A stretch of DNA of 64,000 nucleotides from an uncultured Verrucomicrobiae bacterium (GCA_963769025.1 CAVYKI010000009.1:288001-352000), one strand, 5' to 3'. Numbered from the stretch's first letter, positions 1 to 10,079 are shown. The notes: generated by a model not told the origin, from the letters alone. Numbers and translations: made by a program.

Positions 1-1115
1 TTCAAGCTCGCCCAGCCCCAGCCACTGCGCGCCAAAACCATCGAACAACGCCCGCGAACGCGGATCCGCGAGCAGGCGCTTCACCTGCGCCTTGAGCACG
101 GCCGGCTCGTGGAGCTTCCCGCCGTCGGCCAGCGCCGACAGCTCCGCATCGGGCATCGTGGCCCAGAGCAGATACGAGAGGCGCGACGCGAGTTGATAGT
201 CATCCAGCGGAACGATCGTCTGGCCCGCTTCGGCTTCCTCGGCCGGCGTGATGAAGAGGAACTGCGGCGAAACGAGGACCGCCTTGAGCATCAGGCGCAG
301 CGCCGCCGGGTAGGCGAGCTTGTTTTGCGCGCGCCAGATCGAAGACTCCCAGCAGGACATCCAGCTTCCGCCTCCGACGGCGGCCGGCGATAGGCGTTCC
401 GGGCCAGCGAGCGCGCGACCTTTCTCGCCGCCGCGCGGACGATCCGCGCCCGGCGCTGGCGGTCTCGCCGAAGAGCCGCTTTTGCACCTCCGTCGGCGGC
501 GCATCCTTCGGGCGCCAGAATCCGGTCCAGCACCTCATTGGCGATCGCCGAGATACTGCTCCGACTGGAGCGGCGACAGCGTGTTCAGATACCCCTCGCC
601 GAACACTTCATCCGGCAGCTCCTGCGGCGACCGCCGGATCGACGCCGAAGAGATCATGCAGCGTGTTGCCGTACTCCACCTTGGTCAGCCGGCGGATGAC
701 AAACGGCCCCGGATCCTTCGGGCTGAGAAACTTGATCTTGCCGATCCAGTCCACGAAACTTCTGCCGCTCCTCATCCGTCGGCTGCTTGTCCGCGTCTTC
801 CGGCGGCATGTCGTGGGCCTTCACGTTGGCGAGCGCCTGCTTCCACTGCTTGCGGAAGGCCGCGCTTCCGGGTTCCTTGAACGCGATTTGGTAATTGATC
901 CCACCCTTTCGCTTCTTATGTCCGTGACATTGCGTGCAGTAGGTTCCGACAAAGGGAATGACGTCTTCGCGAAAGGATTTTTGCGCATCGGCCTGAAGCT
1001 TCCCAAAGTCCCCGTCATCAGTCGGCGCAGCCTGGCTGGGCGCGGCCAATGCGATCGCGCAGCCGGCGAGGATCATCGCCATCACGGCACTGCGAAAATT
1101 TCCGGCGGTTGTCAT
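1..1115 (-). CDS. DUF1592/DUF1587-type PVC protein with N-terminal cytochrome c motif (frameshifted, runs off window start)
   Basis: Signal peptide, CTQCH heme motif, MPP motif. After a frameshift near 760 it continues [16 protein letters not shown] (DUF1587-like), and near the window start [20 protein letters not shown]...FGAQWLGL (DUF1592-like). Confidence 0.85.
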
Positions 1116-1196
1116 TCGATTCTCATCTTTGGGTAGGCACCCATATCATGAGTGACCACCGGTTGCTTTATTTGATTCCAAGCGATGGACGGATTG

Positions 1197-1216
1197 CGTC
1201 GATCGTTTGATCGACG
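1197..1216. promoter_or_regulatory. Perfect 8-4-8 inverted repeat, candidate operator in divergent intergenic region
   Basis: CGTCGATC-GTTT-GATCGACG between the divergent starts at 1115 (-) and 1262 (+). Confidence 0.35.
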
Positions 1217-1261
1217 ATTCCGCGCACCCCCGAATAGATTCGCGCGAACCTGCACCCCTCC

Positions 1262-2761
1262 ATGAACACAAAGACCGCATTCCTCGCCGTCGCCGCGTTG
1301 CTCGGTTGCTTTCCGGCATTCGCCCAGGAGCCGCAAGCCGGCAAGACTTCGCCCGCGGGGGATGAACGGCTGGCGGTTCTGCGCGCGCTGAAGATCAACG
1401 CCGCGACGATTACGCATGTGGAGCGCGATCCGTCGGGGACGCGGACCGTCGTAAAGCTGGTGCTCAATCCCGCGAAGGGGTCGAACATCAACGTCGAAGT
1501 CTGGCTGCCCGACGCCGAAAATTGGAACGCGCGCTTTCTCGGGCTCGGCAATGGCGGCGCCGCCGGGAAGATCAACTCCGGCAGTCTGTCGAGTCAGAGC
1601 GGAGCGGGTTACGCCGTGGCGACGACGGACATGGGCACCGCGCCGAACTCCGACTCCGGCGTCGGCAATCCGGAAGTCTGGAAGGATTTTGGCTTCCGCG
1701 CCACGCATCTCATGACCGTCGCGGCGAAGCAGGTCGTGCGCGCCCACTACGGCAAGGATCCGGAGTTTTCCTATTTCAGCGGCGGCTCGACGGGCGGCCA
1801 GCAGGCGCTCCAGGAGGCGCAGCGTTATCCCGAGGACTACGATGGCATCGCCGCCGCGGTCCCCGCGCATTGCCGCACGCCGCTGCACGCCTATTTCCTG
1901 TGGAACGATCAGATATTGAAAAAGTGCCCCTTCACGAAGTCGCAGGACGCCAGCGTCATCGCCGCCGCGAATGAATTCATGGCGTCGCGGGAAGTCCCGG
2001 TGGCGGCGGGAAAGTTCGTCTCCGACCCGCGCTGCACCGCGCAGGACATCGAGGCCGTCATCACGCTGGCGCGGAAAAAGGACGCGACGCTGACCGACGA
2101 GCACGCCGCGGCGCTGCGCAAGCTCTTCGACGGACCGCGCCACGCCGTGACCGGCGAACGCATCTTCAACGGCATCCCGCTCGGCAGTTCCATCGAGTCC
2201 GCGCACGGGCACCTGTATCTCTTCAAATGGGTCTTCGGCGCCGAAAAGAACTTGGACGACATCAATTTCGGCACAGACATCGACACCTACACCGCCGCGC
2301 TCGCGCCGTATCTCAACGCGGAGAACCCCGACCTGAGCGCTTTCGAGAAGCGCGGCGGCAAGCTGATCATGACCCTCGGCACCGCAGATTCCGTCGTGCC
2401 CTACCACGCGTCGCTCGACTATTACGAGCGCGTGATCGAGCGCCTCGGCGGACTGGAAAAGGTGCAGTCCTTTTTCCGCTTCTACCTCGTGCCCGGCCTC
2501 GCCCACGGCGGCGGCCCCGGAATCAACCAGCCGCCCAACCTCCTCGAAACCGTGCGCGCCTGGCGCGAGAATGGCACCACGCCGTTCGCCCTGCCGGGAC
2601 GGCATGTAGAGAAGGACCACGCCCCATGGGAAATGCCTCTCTATCCCTATCCGACCCGCACTGGATGGGACGCCGCGACCTCCACCTTCCAGCCCGTGGA
2701 TGGCCCACGCCGTGGCGTGGAACGCGTCGCCGAACGCTTCCGCCCGCCTGCGGCAGATTGA
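1262..2761 (+). CDS. Tannase/feruloyl esterase family alpha/beta hydrolase, secreted
   Basis: Signal peptide; VWLP..WNARFLG.GNGG, GYAVATTDMG, SYFSGGSTGG nucleophile motif, AQRYPEDYDGI, NPDLSAF..RGGKLI, FRFYLVPGLAH. Confidence 0.92.
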   Translation: MNTKTAFLAVAALLGCFPAFAQEPQAGKTSPAGDERLAVLRALKINAATITHVERDPSGTRTVVKLVLNPAKGSNINVEVWLPDAENWNARFLGLGNGGAAGKINSGSLSSQSGAGYAVATTDMGTAPNSDSGVGNPEVWKDFGFRATHLMTVAAKQVVRAHYGKDPEFSYFSGGSTGGQQALQEAQRYPEDYDGIAAAVPAHCRTPLHAYFLWNDQILKKCPFTKSQDASVIAAANEFMASREVPVAAGKFVSDPRCTAQDIEAVITLARKKDATLTDEHAAALRKLFDGPRHAVTGERIFNGIPLGSSIESAHGHLYLFKWVFGAEKNLDDINFGTDIDTYTAALAPYLNAENPDLSAFEKRGGKLIMTLGTADSVVPYHASLDYYERVIERLGGLEKVQSFFRFYLVPGLAHGGGPGINQPPNLLETVRAWRENGTTPFALPGRHVEKDHAPWEMPLYPYPTRTGWDAATSTFQPVDGPRRGVERVAERFRPPAAD

Positions 2762-2770
2762 GGCGGAAGC

Positions 2771-3641
2771 TCACTTCCCCAGCGTCGGCAGGAGCACGTG
2801 CAACCACTTCAGTGTATCGTCGGGCCAAACGCGGGCGTCGCCTCTGCAATGCAGGCCGTAGCCGTGACCGCCGGTCGGATAGAGTTTGAAATCATGCGCC
2901 ACCTTCGCCGCGGTGAGCGCGGCGTCGTAAACTTTGCTGCCGACCACGTGGGTCTTGTCGTCCTCGTTGTGAATGATGAGCGTCGGCGGGATCTGCGCCT
3001 GTGAGATTGAGGTCCGGCGCGGTGTGGCCGGCCTTGTCGTCGAGATATGCCGGGTAAACGAGCACGGCAAAATCCGGCCGGCAGCTCTTTGCGTCGATCG
3101 CATCGATGGGCGCGTAGCTCCGCTCCTCCAGCGGCGCGCTCGTCTTCGCCGCGAGATTGCCGCCGGCGGAGAAGCCGATGATGCCGAGCCGCTGCGGATC
3201 GATGTTCCATTCCGCCGCGCGCTCCCGGGCGAGGCTCAGGGCGCGCTGGGCATCCTGCAGCGCCCCGGCGCGGTTGTTGGGCGTGCGATACTTCAGCACC
3301 AGCGCCTGATCCCGGCGGAGTTCAGCCACGCCGCAATCTCGGTGCCCTCCTTGTCGATGACCGTGTAGCTGTACCCGCCGCCGGGACAGACGATCATGGC
3401 CGGTGCCGCCGCCGCGCCCGCTTTCCGCGGCGCCGGAAACAGCGTCAACGTGGGCCGGCTGACATTGGTGATCCGATGAAAGCCGTCATTCCGCGGCACC
3501 TCCGCCTCGGGTGCATTCGCGCCTTTGCCCGGCATCTTTCCCTCCGGCCACACATCCACCGTCGCCGCCGTCGGCGGAGTCGCCGTCTGCGCGAAGGTGG
3601 TTCCGACAAAGGACAAAGAGGACGAGCAGGCGGGTGATCAT
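2771..3641 (-). CDS. Secreted alpha/beta hydrolase (acetylesterase/xylan esterase-like), frameshifted
   Basis: Split over several frames: MITRLLVLFV leader, PAMIVCPGGGY, VLKYR, GIIGFSAGGNLA, RPDFAVLVYP, PPTLIIHNEDD, GGHGYGL. Confidence 0.85.
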
Positions 3642-3977
3642 CGGGAAGGGGAGAGTTGTTTTGGCGACGGTTGTAGCGGAACGAGTGGAGAGCGCATCGC
3701 TGACTTTTGCAACGGGCGACAAAGCCGACGACGAAGAAGATGCGCACGCACTTTGCCGGGACCCGGTGGCGTGAATGGCGGCCGGCTCGCATCGTGGCAG
3801 CAACTCCATGGCGCCATTCTGATTCCCGCTGCAAATCGACGCGAAGGACTGGTACTTCGACGACGTGAAGATCCGGAATGGCTGGCCCCGTGTGCAGGTG
3901 CTCGGGTGACCTCGCGGTGAACGCCGTCATCCGGTCTGCGGGATTGACGATGGCGCTCCGATCCCGAGACTCGATTC

Positions 3978-5222
3978 ATGGTTCACGCCGGATCCAGCCG
4001 TGGAAGTCTTTGGTTTCTCGTCGCGCTGTCGTTGGGCTTGGCGCGGGTCGCGGAGGGTAAAGAGCGGGGGGTCGTTGACGGTCCCGCCGCTGCCGTGGAA
4101 CTGCGGACGGAGATGAAAGCGGACGCACCCGTGGTCGCGACCGCAATGCCTGGTGAACCGTTTTCCTTCGAGCCCGAGGAGGGGAACGAGTGGGGAAAGG
4201 TCACGCTCGCCTCGGGCAAGTCGGGCTGGCTGCCGCTGAGCCGGATCCGTCTCTTTTTCGACGCAGGGGACCTGCCGAAAAAGGATCCGGTCGGGACTTC
4301 CGAGATCGACCAGGCGGCACGTCGTCTCGGGTTTGATTACGTGAAGGTGACCCGATTGGCGGCGCAGGGCGATGCGAAGGCGCTCAGGCAATTTTTCTTA
4401 CTGGCGCAGGCGGCCGATGGCGCAGCGGCGGAATCCCTCACGACCATCCCCACCGCGGTCTATCACCTCCTGGGCGATGCGAAGTTTGCAAAGTATCTCG
4501 GTGCGCAGCCCGTGTCCCATCAGGCCCTGGTGCGGAACATCGTCGTCGGCGACGGCCGGCTCCCGCCCACCACCCTTTACTTGCAGCGCCATTTTCCCGA
4601 GACGACCAGGATCCTTTTTCCCAGCGAGATGGTCGCCTGGCCTTCGCCGGACGGCCGTTTCGCCATCCGCAAGGTTTTCTCCGACCCCTTCGACTTGCGC
4701 GCGGGCAAGATCACGCGGGCGGAGCTCGTCGAGAAGAAGACGGGTCAGGTGCTTTTGGACATGACCGCCGATGACATCGGCACGGGCTCAGACCGCGAAG
4801 GAAAGATCGTCTGGTCGCCGGATTCGAAGCGCTTCGCCAGTCTCTCGGTCGCGATGAACCACAATCAACGCAATTTGTTCGGCGAGCCAGGCCAGGTGCC
4901 GCACCGGAAACAGACGGCGGTTTATCAGCTCGCGGGAGACTCGTGGAGCCGGGTCGAGATGTCTTTCGACAAAGTGCCGGGCCGGGAGCGCGACACCGAA
5001 CTGCAGCGCGCGATGATCGGGCATGACTACATCGAGCCGGTCCGCTGGCAGAAGAAAAACGTGCTCCTGCTGGAGCGGCACGAGTATTACGAGATAAAGA
5101 AGCCGATTGAGAATTCGACGTTCGAGCAGATCGTCGGTCTTGGCCGCTGGTACTGGATCACGGCGACCATCAGTCCCGAGGGTAAGGCGACTCTCGCCTG
5201 GAAAGTCCGAAAACTTCCATGA
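3978..5222 (+). CDS. Secreted hypothetical protein with N-terminal SH3b-like segment
   Basis: 414-aa intact ORF; signal-like N-terminus; EWGKVTLASGKSGWLP resembles bacterial SH3; later SPDGRF and WSPDSK motifs suggest beta-propeller blades. Confidence 0.65.
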   Translation: MVHAGSSRGSLWFLVALSLGLARVAEGKERGVVDGPAAAVELRTEMKADAPVVATAMPGEPFSFEPEEGNEWGKVTLASGKSGWLPLSRIRLFFDAGDLPKKDPVGTSEIDQAARRLGFDYVKVTRLAAQGDAKALRQFFLLAQAADGAAAESLTTIPTAVYHLLGDAKFAKYLGAQPVSHQALVRNIVVGDGRLPPTTLYLQRHFPETTRILFPSEMVAWPSPDGRFAIRKVFSDPFDLRAGKITRAELVEKKTGQVLLDMTADDIGTGSDREGKIVWSPDSKRFASLSVAMNHNQRNLFGEPGQVPHRKQTAVYQLAGDSWSRVEMSFDKVPGRERDTELQRAMIGHDYIEPVRWQKKNVLLLERHEYYEIKKPIENSTFEQIVGLGRWYWITATISPEGKATLAWKVRKLP

Positions 5223-5296
5223 TGGCGGGGATTTGCTCACCGGATCGCAGCAAGCGTTCGTGACGCAACTAGATCCGGGCCGAGGTGCCGTGCGGC

Positions 5297-5749
5297 TTAC
5301 GGCTGATCGGGGATTTCCGCCTCGACGAGTTTCGCGAGCAGCACCAGCGATTCCTGCCAGCCCAGGTAGCAGGCCTCGGCGGGTATCATTGCGGGGATGC
5401 CTTCCTGTGTCGCGGTCAGTTCGGTGCCGCACATGACCTGCTTGAGGGTGATCGTCGTCAACATTTCGCCGGGCAGGTTCGGGTCGTCAAAGATGTCCGT
5501 GTAGCGGAGGAGTTCGTTCGGCTTGAGCTCAAGGTAGGTTCCGCCGAAGGAGTGGCTTTTGCCGGTTGTGAAATTCGTGAACGACATCCGGAAGGTGCCG
5601 CCCTCCTTCGCATCGAGGTGATGTACCCTGCCTGTGAATCCATTTGGCGGAAGCCACTTCGCCATCGCATCCGCATCGAGGAATGCGCGGTAAACCCGCT
5701 CCGGCGTCGCGCGGAGCACCCGGTGAAGCCGGACAGTGTTGGTCGTCAT
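5297..5749 (-). CDS. SRPBCC (Aha1/START-like) family protein
   Basis: MTTNTVRLHRVLRATPERVYRAF..AMAKWLPP..GGTFRMSF..GWQESL is typical of the family; alternative start at 5776. Confidence 0.9.
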   Translation of the reverse strand: MTTNTVRLHRVLRATPERVYRAFLDADAMAKWLPPNGFTGRVHHLDAKEGGTFRMSFTNFTTGKSHSFGGTYLELKPNELLRYTDIFDDPNLPGEMLTTITLKQVMCGTELTATQEGIPAMIPAEACYLGWQESLVLLAKLVEAEIPDQP

Positions 5750-5940
5750 GTTGGCGTTTGCGTTGGGTTTCGTCATAAAAACGGACAGGCGGTAGTGCGG
5801 ATGCGGGCGTGAGCCTAGTGCCGCGGCCTTGCCGGTTGCAACCCGCGCGCCGGTCCGGCGTGTGCGGGGCGCGCTTCGTTTTGGAAGATGGAAACGCTGT
5901 CGGTTTTTTGCGCACTGGCGTATGGGTGGCGCTGGAATCC

Positions 5941-7011
5941 ATGCCTTCGCCTTTCACCGCTCCGCGTTCACTGCCCGATCTTTCGGCGGAGGAACTGGGT
6001 GCCTGGATGGAGGCGCGGTCTTTCAAGCCTTCGCATGCACTGCGGGTGCTACGGCGGCTGTATGCGGGCGACGACGCAGTGGGCACTCGCGCGCGGATGC
6101 CGGCGGGATTGGCGGAGATGATGCGGGTGAGCTTTTCCGCCGAGGCGGCGAGTCTCGCGCGGCGCCAGGTGTCGGATGACGGGACGGCCAAGCTGCTGCT
6201 GCGGCTCGGCGACGGGCGCACGGTGGAGTCGGTGCTCATGCCGGACTTTCACGCGGACCGGGCGGCGGGTTGCATCTCCAGCCAGGTGGGCTGCGCGATG
6301 GGCTGCGACTTTTGCGCGACGACGCAGACGGGCTTTGAGCGGAATCTTTCGTCGGGCGAAATCGCGGAGCAGTTCATCCGGCTGCGGCGCGAGGCGCGGA
6401 TGGCGGGGCGCACGTTGCGCACGGTGGTCTTCATGGGCATGGGCGAGCCGATGCTGAACCTTCCCAATGTGCTCGCGTCGGTGAGGCGAATCGCCGATCC
6501 CGCGCTTGGCGCGCTGGGCTGGAGGCAGGTCACCATTTCCACCGTAGGCATCGTGCCCGGCATCGAGGAACTGCGTGAGGCGGATCTCGGTGTGCATCTC
6601 GCGCTGTCGCTCCACGCGCCGGATGATGCGACGCGGGCAGAGCTGCTGCCGATGGGCAGGCGGTTCGACGTGCAGGACGTGCTCGGCGCCGCGGATCGCT
6701 ATCAGGCGAGCAGCGGGCGCATCACGACCATCCAGTATTGCCTGCTCGCGGGCGTGAACGACTCGCTCGCGCAGGCGCGCGACCTTTCCCGGCTGCTCGA
6801 TGGCCGCGACATGCACGTGAATCTGCTGCGGTACAATCCCACCGGCCTGAGCCTGCGCGGCCGCACTTACGCACCGAGCGGCATGGCGCAGACCGAGGCA
6901 TTTCTGGCCGAGTTGCGAGCCCGTGGCGCCGTCGCTCATCTGCGCCGGGCGCGAGGGCCGGATATCGATGCCGCGTGCGGGCAATTGCGGCGGCGCGCCG
7001 CGGTTTCGTAG
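5941..7011 (+). CDS. rlmN: RlmN/Cfr-family radical SAM RNA methyltransferase
   Basis: VESV, CISSQVGCAMGCDFC (CxxxCxxC), VFMGMGEP, SLHAP, GVND, DIDAACGQL. It may be a paralog rather than the housekeeping copy. Confidence 0.85.
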   Translation: MPSPFTAPRSLPDLSAEELGAWMEARSFKPSHALRVLRRLYAGDDAVGTRARMPAGLAEMMRVSFSAEAASLARRQVSDDGTAKLLLRLGDGRTVESVLMPDFHADRAAGCISSQVGCAMGCDFCATTQTGFERNLSSGEIAEQFIRLRREARMAGRTLRTVVFMGMGEPMLNLPNVLASVRRIADPALGALGWRQVTISTVGIVPGIEELREADLGVHLALSLHAPDDATRAELLPMGRRFDVQDVLGAADRYQASSGRITTIQYCLLAGVNDSLAQARDLSRLLDGRDMHVNLLRYNPTGLSLRGRTYAPSGMAQTEAFLAELRARGAVAHLRRARGPDIDAACGQLRRRAAVS

Positions 7012-7065
7012 CCGCCGGACGCAGCCCGCGGCGAACCTTGACCGTGATGGAAACCGACGCCGGGC

Positions 7066-7269
7066 TCAGTCCAGCCACTTCACGCTGACGACCTGATTGA
7101 CGGTGATCTTGCCGCCGGCCTCGGGGATGTTTTCCGTAGTCGTCTTCCATTGCACCTGGCACTTGCGGTGGAGGTGGCGCTTCGGGGAAGCGAGCACCTT
7201 TTCCACGGAGGCGTCCGGGCTGAGGATGAAGTAGGAGACTTCGCCGTCCTTCGTACGCATGTTCCAGTG
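7066..7269 (-). pseudogene. 3' remnant of a small hypothetical gene, apparently 5'-truncated
   Basis: HWNMRTKDGEVSYFIL...VVSVKWLD* with coding-like GC3 bias; upstream the frame becomes the antisense of the neighbouring hydrolase fragment. Confidence 0.5.
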
Positions 7270-7642
7270 GGAGTTGCAGGTGAAGTCGCGCAATGCGCTC
7301 GGCCCGTCGATGGAGGCGCTGTTCGGTCTCACGGAATTGAACGACGCCGCGTGGAAGACGCTGCGCGACGCGTCCTCGACGAGCTATCTGCGAAAGGATC
7401 TTCCGCCGTACCTGCTCATCCACGGCGACAAGGACGCGCAGGTGCCCTACGAGCAGTCCGTGCAGTTTCAGCAGAAGATGAAGGCCCTCGGCGCGCGGTG
7501 CGACTTCATCACCATCAAGGACGGCGTCCACGGCATGGGCGGCTGGGACAAGCTCGGCTCCGACTACAAGGGGCAGATGATTGCATGGCTGAAAAAGACG
7601 CTGGCATCCGCGGGTGCGCCCGGCGAAGCGGCGGCAAGGTAG
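7268..7642 (+). pseudogene. C-terminal fragment of an alpha/beta hydrolase (esterase)
   Basis: LPPYLLIHGDKDAQVPYEQS and GVHGM supply catalytic Asp/His, but there is no GxSxG or N-terminal half upstream. Confidence 0.75.
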
Positions 7643-7795
7643 CAACCTCTCGCGAAGCCGCCGGCCACGGGGACGGCGAGCCATTTGTGAACGAGCGGCC
7701 CGGCGAGCGGCATATGGATTTCGAAATGGCTGAAAACGCTCGTAGCGGGCGAAAGTTCCGCTAAGGCAGGGCGGTCTTCACGGTTCCCCCACGCC

Positions 7796-8803
7796 ATGCT
7801 TCCACTTTTCTCCGCTCTCGCTGTCCTTTTGGTCACAGCGCTGGCCGAGTGGCTGCATGCCCGGCGGATTCGTGCGGTTGCCCGGCTGGCGTTTGGCCCG
7901 GCTGGTGTCCCGAAGCGCTGGACACGCGTCCTACCCTTGCTCCGCGCGCTGTGCCTCGCAGTTTTCACGTGGGGCCTGGCGACGCTCGTGGTCCTGAAGC
8001 TCGCCCCCGCGGGCGGTGGCAAGGATGGCGGTGGGAAGGAGGCGACACGGCTGGTCTTCGTCGCGGATCTTTCGCCGAGCATGCATCTCCGGGACGCGGG
8101 TCCGGATGGGAAGCAGAAGCGGCAGGAGCGGATGCGGGAAGTCGTGGAGGGCATCCTGCAGCGCGTGAGCGGGAATCTGCGCTTTGGCGTGATCGGCTTT
8201 TACACCGATTCCGTGCCCGTGGTGATGGAGGCCCGCGACCCGGAGCTCGTGCGCAATGTCTTCAACGGACTGCCGCTCACCTACGCGATGCCGGTGGGAC
8301 AGACGGACCTCGGGCAGGCGATCAATGCGGCGGTCAAACTCGTCGGCGATTTTCCCGAGGCGAGCACGCGGCTGATCATTTTCACCGACGGAGACTCCGT
8401 GAGTCTCTTGCCGATCGCGCCGCGGCCAAAGTCGGTGAAGGAAGTTTTCGTCCTCGGCGTGGGCAATCCGCACAAGGGGACATTCATCGATGGACATCAA
8501 TCGAGGCAGGAGGGCGACACGCTGCGGATGGTGGCGTCCGCGCTCATGGGCACGTACGTCGATGTGAATGAGAAGCACCTGACGACCACGGCGCTCGGCG
8601 ATCTGGTGGTGACGACCGCGCTGCCTTCGCGCGGCCTGAGCCTCGCGGAACTCGCCGTGCTGGCGATGGCCGTCGGCGCTGCGATCTTGACGCTCATCCC
8701 GGTCGCTCTGGAGTTTTTTGGCAGCGATTGGACGGTGGACGGGCCTGCGCGCGGGAACCCCCGGCAGACGCGCACGAAGGAAGGCGTGATATCCGCGCGA
8801 TGA
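7796..8803 (+). CDS. vWA domain membrane protein (BatB-like)
   Basis: Two N-terminal TM segments, MIDAS DLSPSM, TDLG, IIFTDGD, C-terminal TM. Confidence 0.88.
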   Translation: MLPLFSALAVLLVTALAEWLHARRIRAVARLAFGPAGVPKRWTRVLPLLRALCLAVFTWGLATLVVLKLAPAGGGKDGGGKEATRLVFVADLSPSMHLRDAGPDGKQKRQERMREVVEGILQRVSGNLRFGVIGFYTDSVPVVMEARDPELVRNVFNGLPLTYAMPVGQTDLGQAINAAVKLVGDFPEASTRLIIFTDGDSVSLLPIAPRPKSVKEVFVLGVGNPHKGTFIDGHQSRQEGDTLRMVASALMGTYVDVNEKHLTTTALGDLVVTTALPSRGLSLAELAVLAMAVGAAILTLIPVALEFFGSDWTVDGPARGNPRQTRTKEGVISAR

Positions 8804-9363
8804 GGAAGTTTTTCACCCTGCTCTGGCTGCTCTTCCCGGTGGCGGTGCTTTATTACCATTTCACCGAGGGCCAGAATCAAATCCTGCGCGAGAAGGCCCG
8901 CATCCACGTCGCGCAGATTCGCGCCCTCGAGCATGCGAAGGAGCCGGATTGGGAAACGATCGTGGCGGAATACGACAAGGTCGCCTCCGAACTTCCCGCC
9001 GGGGAGAAGCCGCTCGTGTTGCATCAGATCCGCCTCGCAAAGGCGAAGGCGCGGCTGGAGATGCTGGACATCGCCGGTGCAATCACGGAGCTGACTGCCT
9101 TGCTCCAGGAGTCCGCGCAGACGCACGGCGAGGACGCGAAGCTCACGCGCGCCGTCCGCGAGATGCTCGGCAAGGCGCACTATTACGCCACGTATTTGCT
9201 GAAGACGAACGGCGCCGCGGAAGAGGAATGGCGGCCCTACGCCGAGCGGACGCGGCAGATTTTCCGCTACCTCGCGGAGCACCAGGACCCGGCGGCGCTC
9301 GCCCGATACGAGGAGCGGGTCGGGGCCGAATTTGAGAAGACCATGCAAAGGAGAACACCATGA
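8800..9363 (+). CDS. Hypothetical helical protein with N-terminal membrane anchor
   Basis: ATGA overlap with the upstream stop; MRKFFTLLWLLFPVAVLYY followed by amphipathic, TPR-like helices. Confidence 0.75.
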   Translation: MRKFFTLLWLLFPVAVLYYHFTEGQNQILREKARIHVAQIRALEHAKEPDWETIVAEYDKVASELPAGEKPLVLHQIRLAKAKARLEMLDIAGAITELTALLQESAQTHGEDAKLTRAVREMLGKAHYYATYLLKTNGAAEEEWRPYAERTRQIFRYLAEHQDPAALARYEERVGAEFEKTMQRRTP

Positions 9364-10079
9364 AGAATCGAAGCACACGTTGGGGATTTGCCACTTGGCT
9401 CTGGCTCGGCTGGATCGCTGTCGCGCAGGAGGCGCGTCCAACCGGCGCCGCAGTCGAGGGCATCAAGGGCGTGAAGGAAGACGCCGTGGCGAAGATTAGA
9501 AACGCCGAGACCGGGACTGCGGAGGGCACGAAGCTCACTGCCCCGGGTGTGAACAAGGTCAACGCCATCGACACAATCAGCGGCGTGAAGGCGGACGGAC
9601 GCGCCGTGCTCCCGCCGGTGAATCCCGTGCCGCCGCCACCTGTCGCGGGCAGCGCAAGCAGCGTCCCGACCGGGAGTGCGACCGGCACTACGACCGATGC
9701 CAAAGGCGTGAACAAGATCGACGGCGTCGACACCATCAACGGCGTGAAGGCGGATGGACGCACCGTGCTCCCGCCCGTGAACGCCGTGCCGCCGCCACCC
9801 GTTGCCGGCAGCGTCACGAATGCCGCAGGCGGCACGGTGGGAAGCGGCGGGACCATTCGCGCCGTCAATGGCGTCGCAGGGATCAACGCTGCCAAACTGC
9901 AAAACCTCGAGGCCGCGCTGAAACTCAAGCACGAGGGCACTGGCGCACCGGCGGGCGGCAAGGCAAAGGCCGCCGCGGCTTTGCTGGGGGACGGGCCGCC
10001 AGGACCGAAGCCCGGGCCAAAAACCGACGGGCGGGCTGGCTTTCAGGAATTCGACAAGCTCCCGGACACCGGTTCCTGA
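9360..10079 (+). CDS. Secreted low-complexity protein with internal duplication
   Basis: ATGA overlap; signal peptide; two copies of a 36-aa unit. Confidence 0.75.
   Translation: MKNRSTRWGFATWLWLGWIAVAQEARPTGAAVEGIKGVKEDAVAKIRNAETGTAEGTKLTAPGVNKVNAIDTISGVKADGRAVLPPVNPVPPPPVAGSASSVPTGSATGTTTDAKGVNKIDGVDTINGVKADGRTVLPPVNAVPPPPVAGSVTNAAGGTVGSGGTIRAVNGVAGINAAKLQNLEAALKLKHEGTGAPAGGKAKAAAALLGDGPPGPKPGPKTDGRAGFQEFDKLPDTGS
9546..9812 (+). repeat. Imperfect 108-bp direct repeat (9546-9653 and 9705-9812)
   Basis: GVNKVNAIDTISGVKADGRAVLPPVNPVPPPPVAGS vs GVNKIDGVDTINGVKADGRTVLPPVNAVPPPPVAGS, 159 bp apart. Confidence 0.9.

Noticed and set aside
1112..2620. Long antisense ORFs (also 10205-12079, 17629-19359, 43827-45581, 48383-50428, 50834-52381)
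   Set aside because: Shadows of well-supported genes on the other strand; expected in high-GC DNA and without recognisable motifs.
5941..7011. Calling this the resistance gene cfr
   Set aside because: The motifs (SSQVGC, MGMGEP) are RlmN-like; nothing visible supports C8 specificity or mobility.
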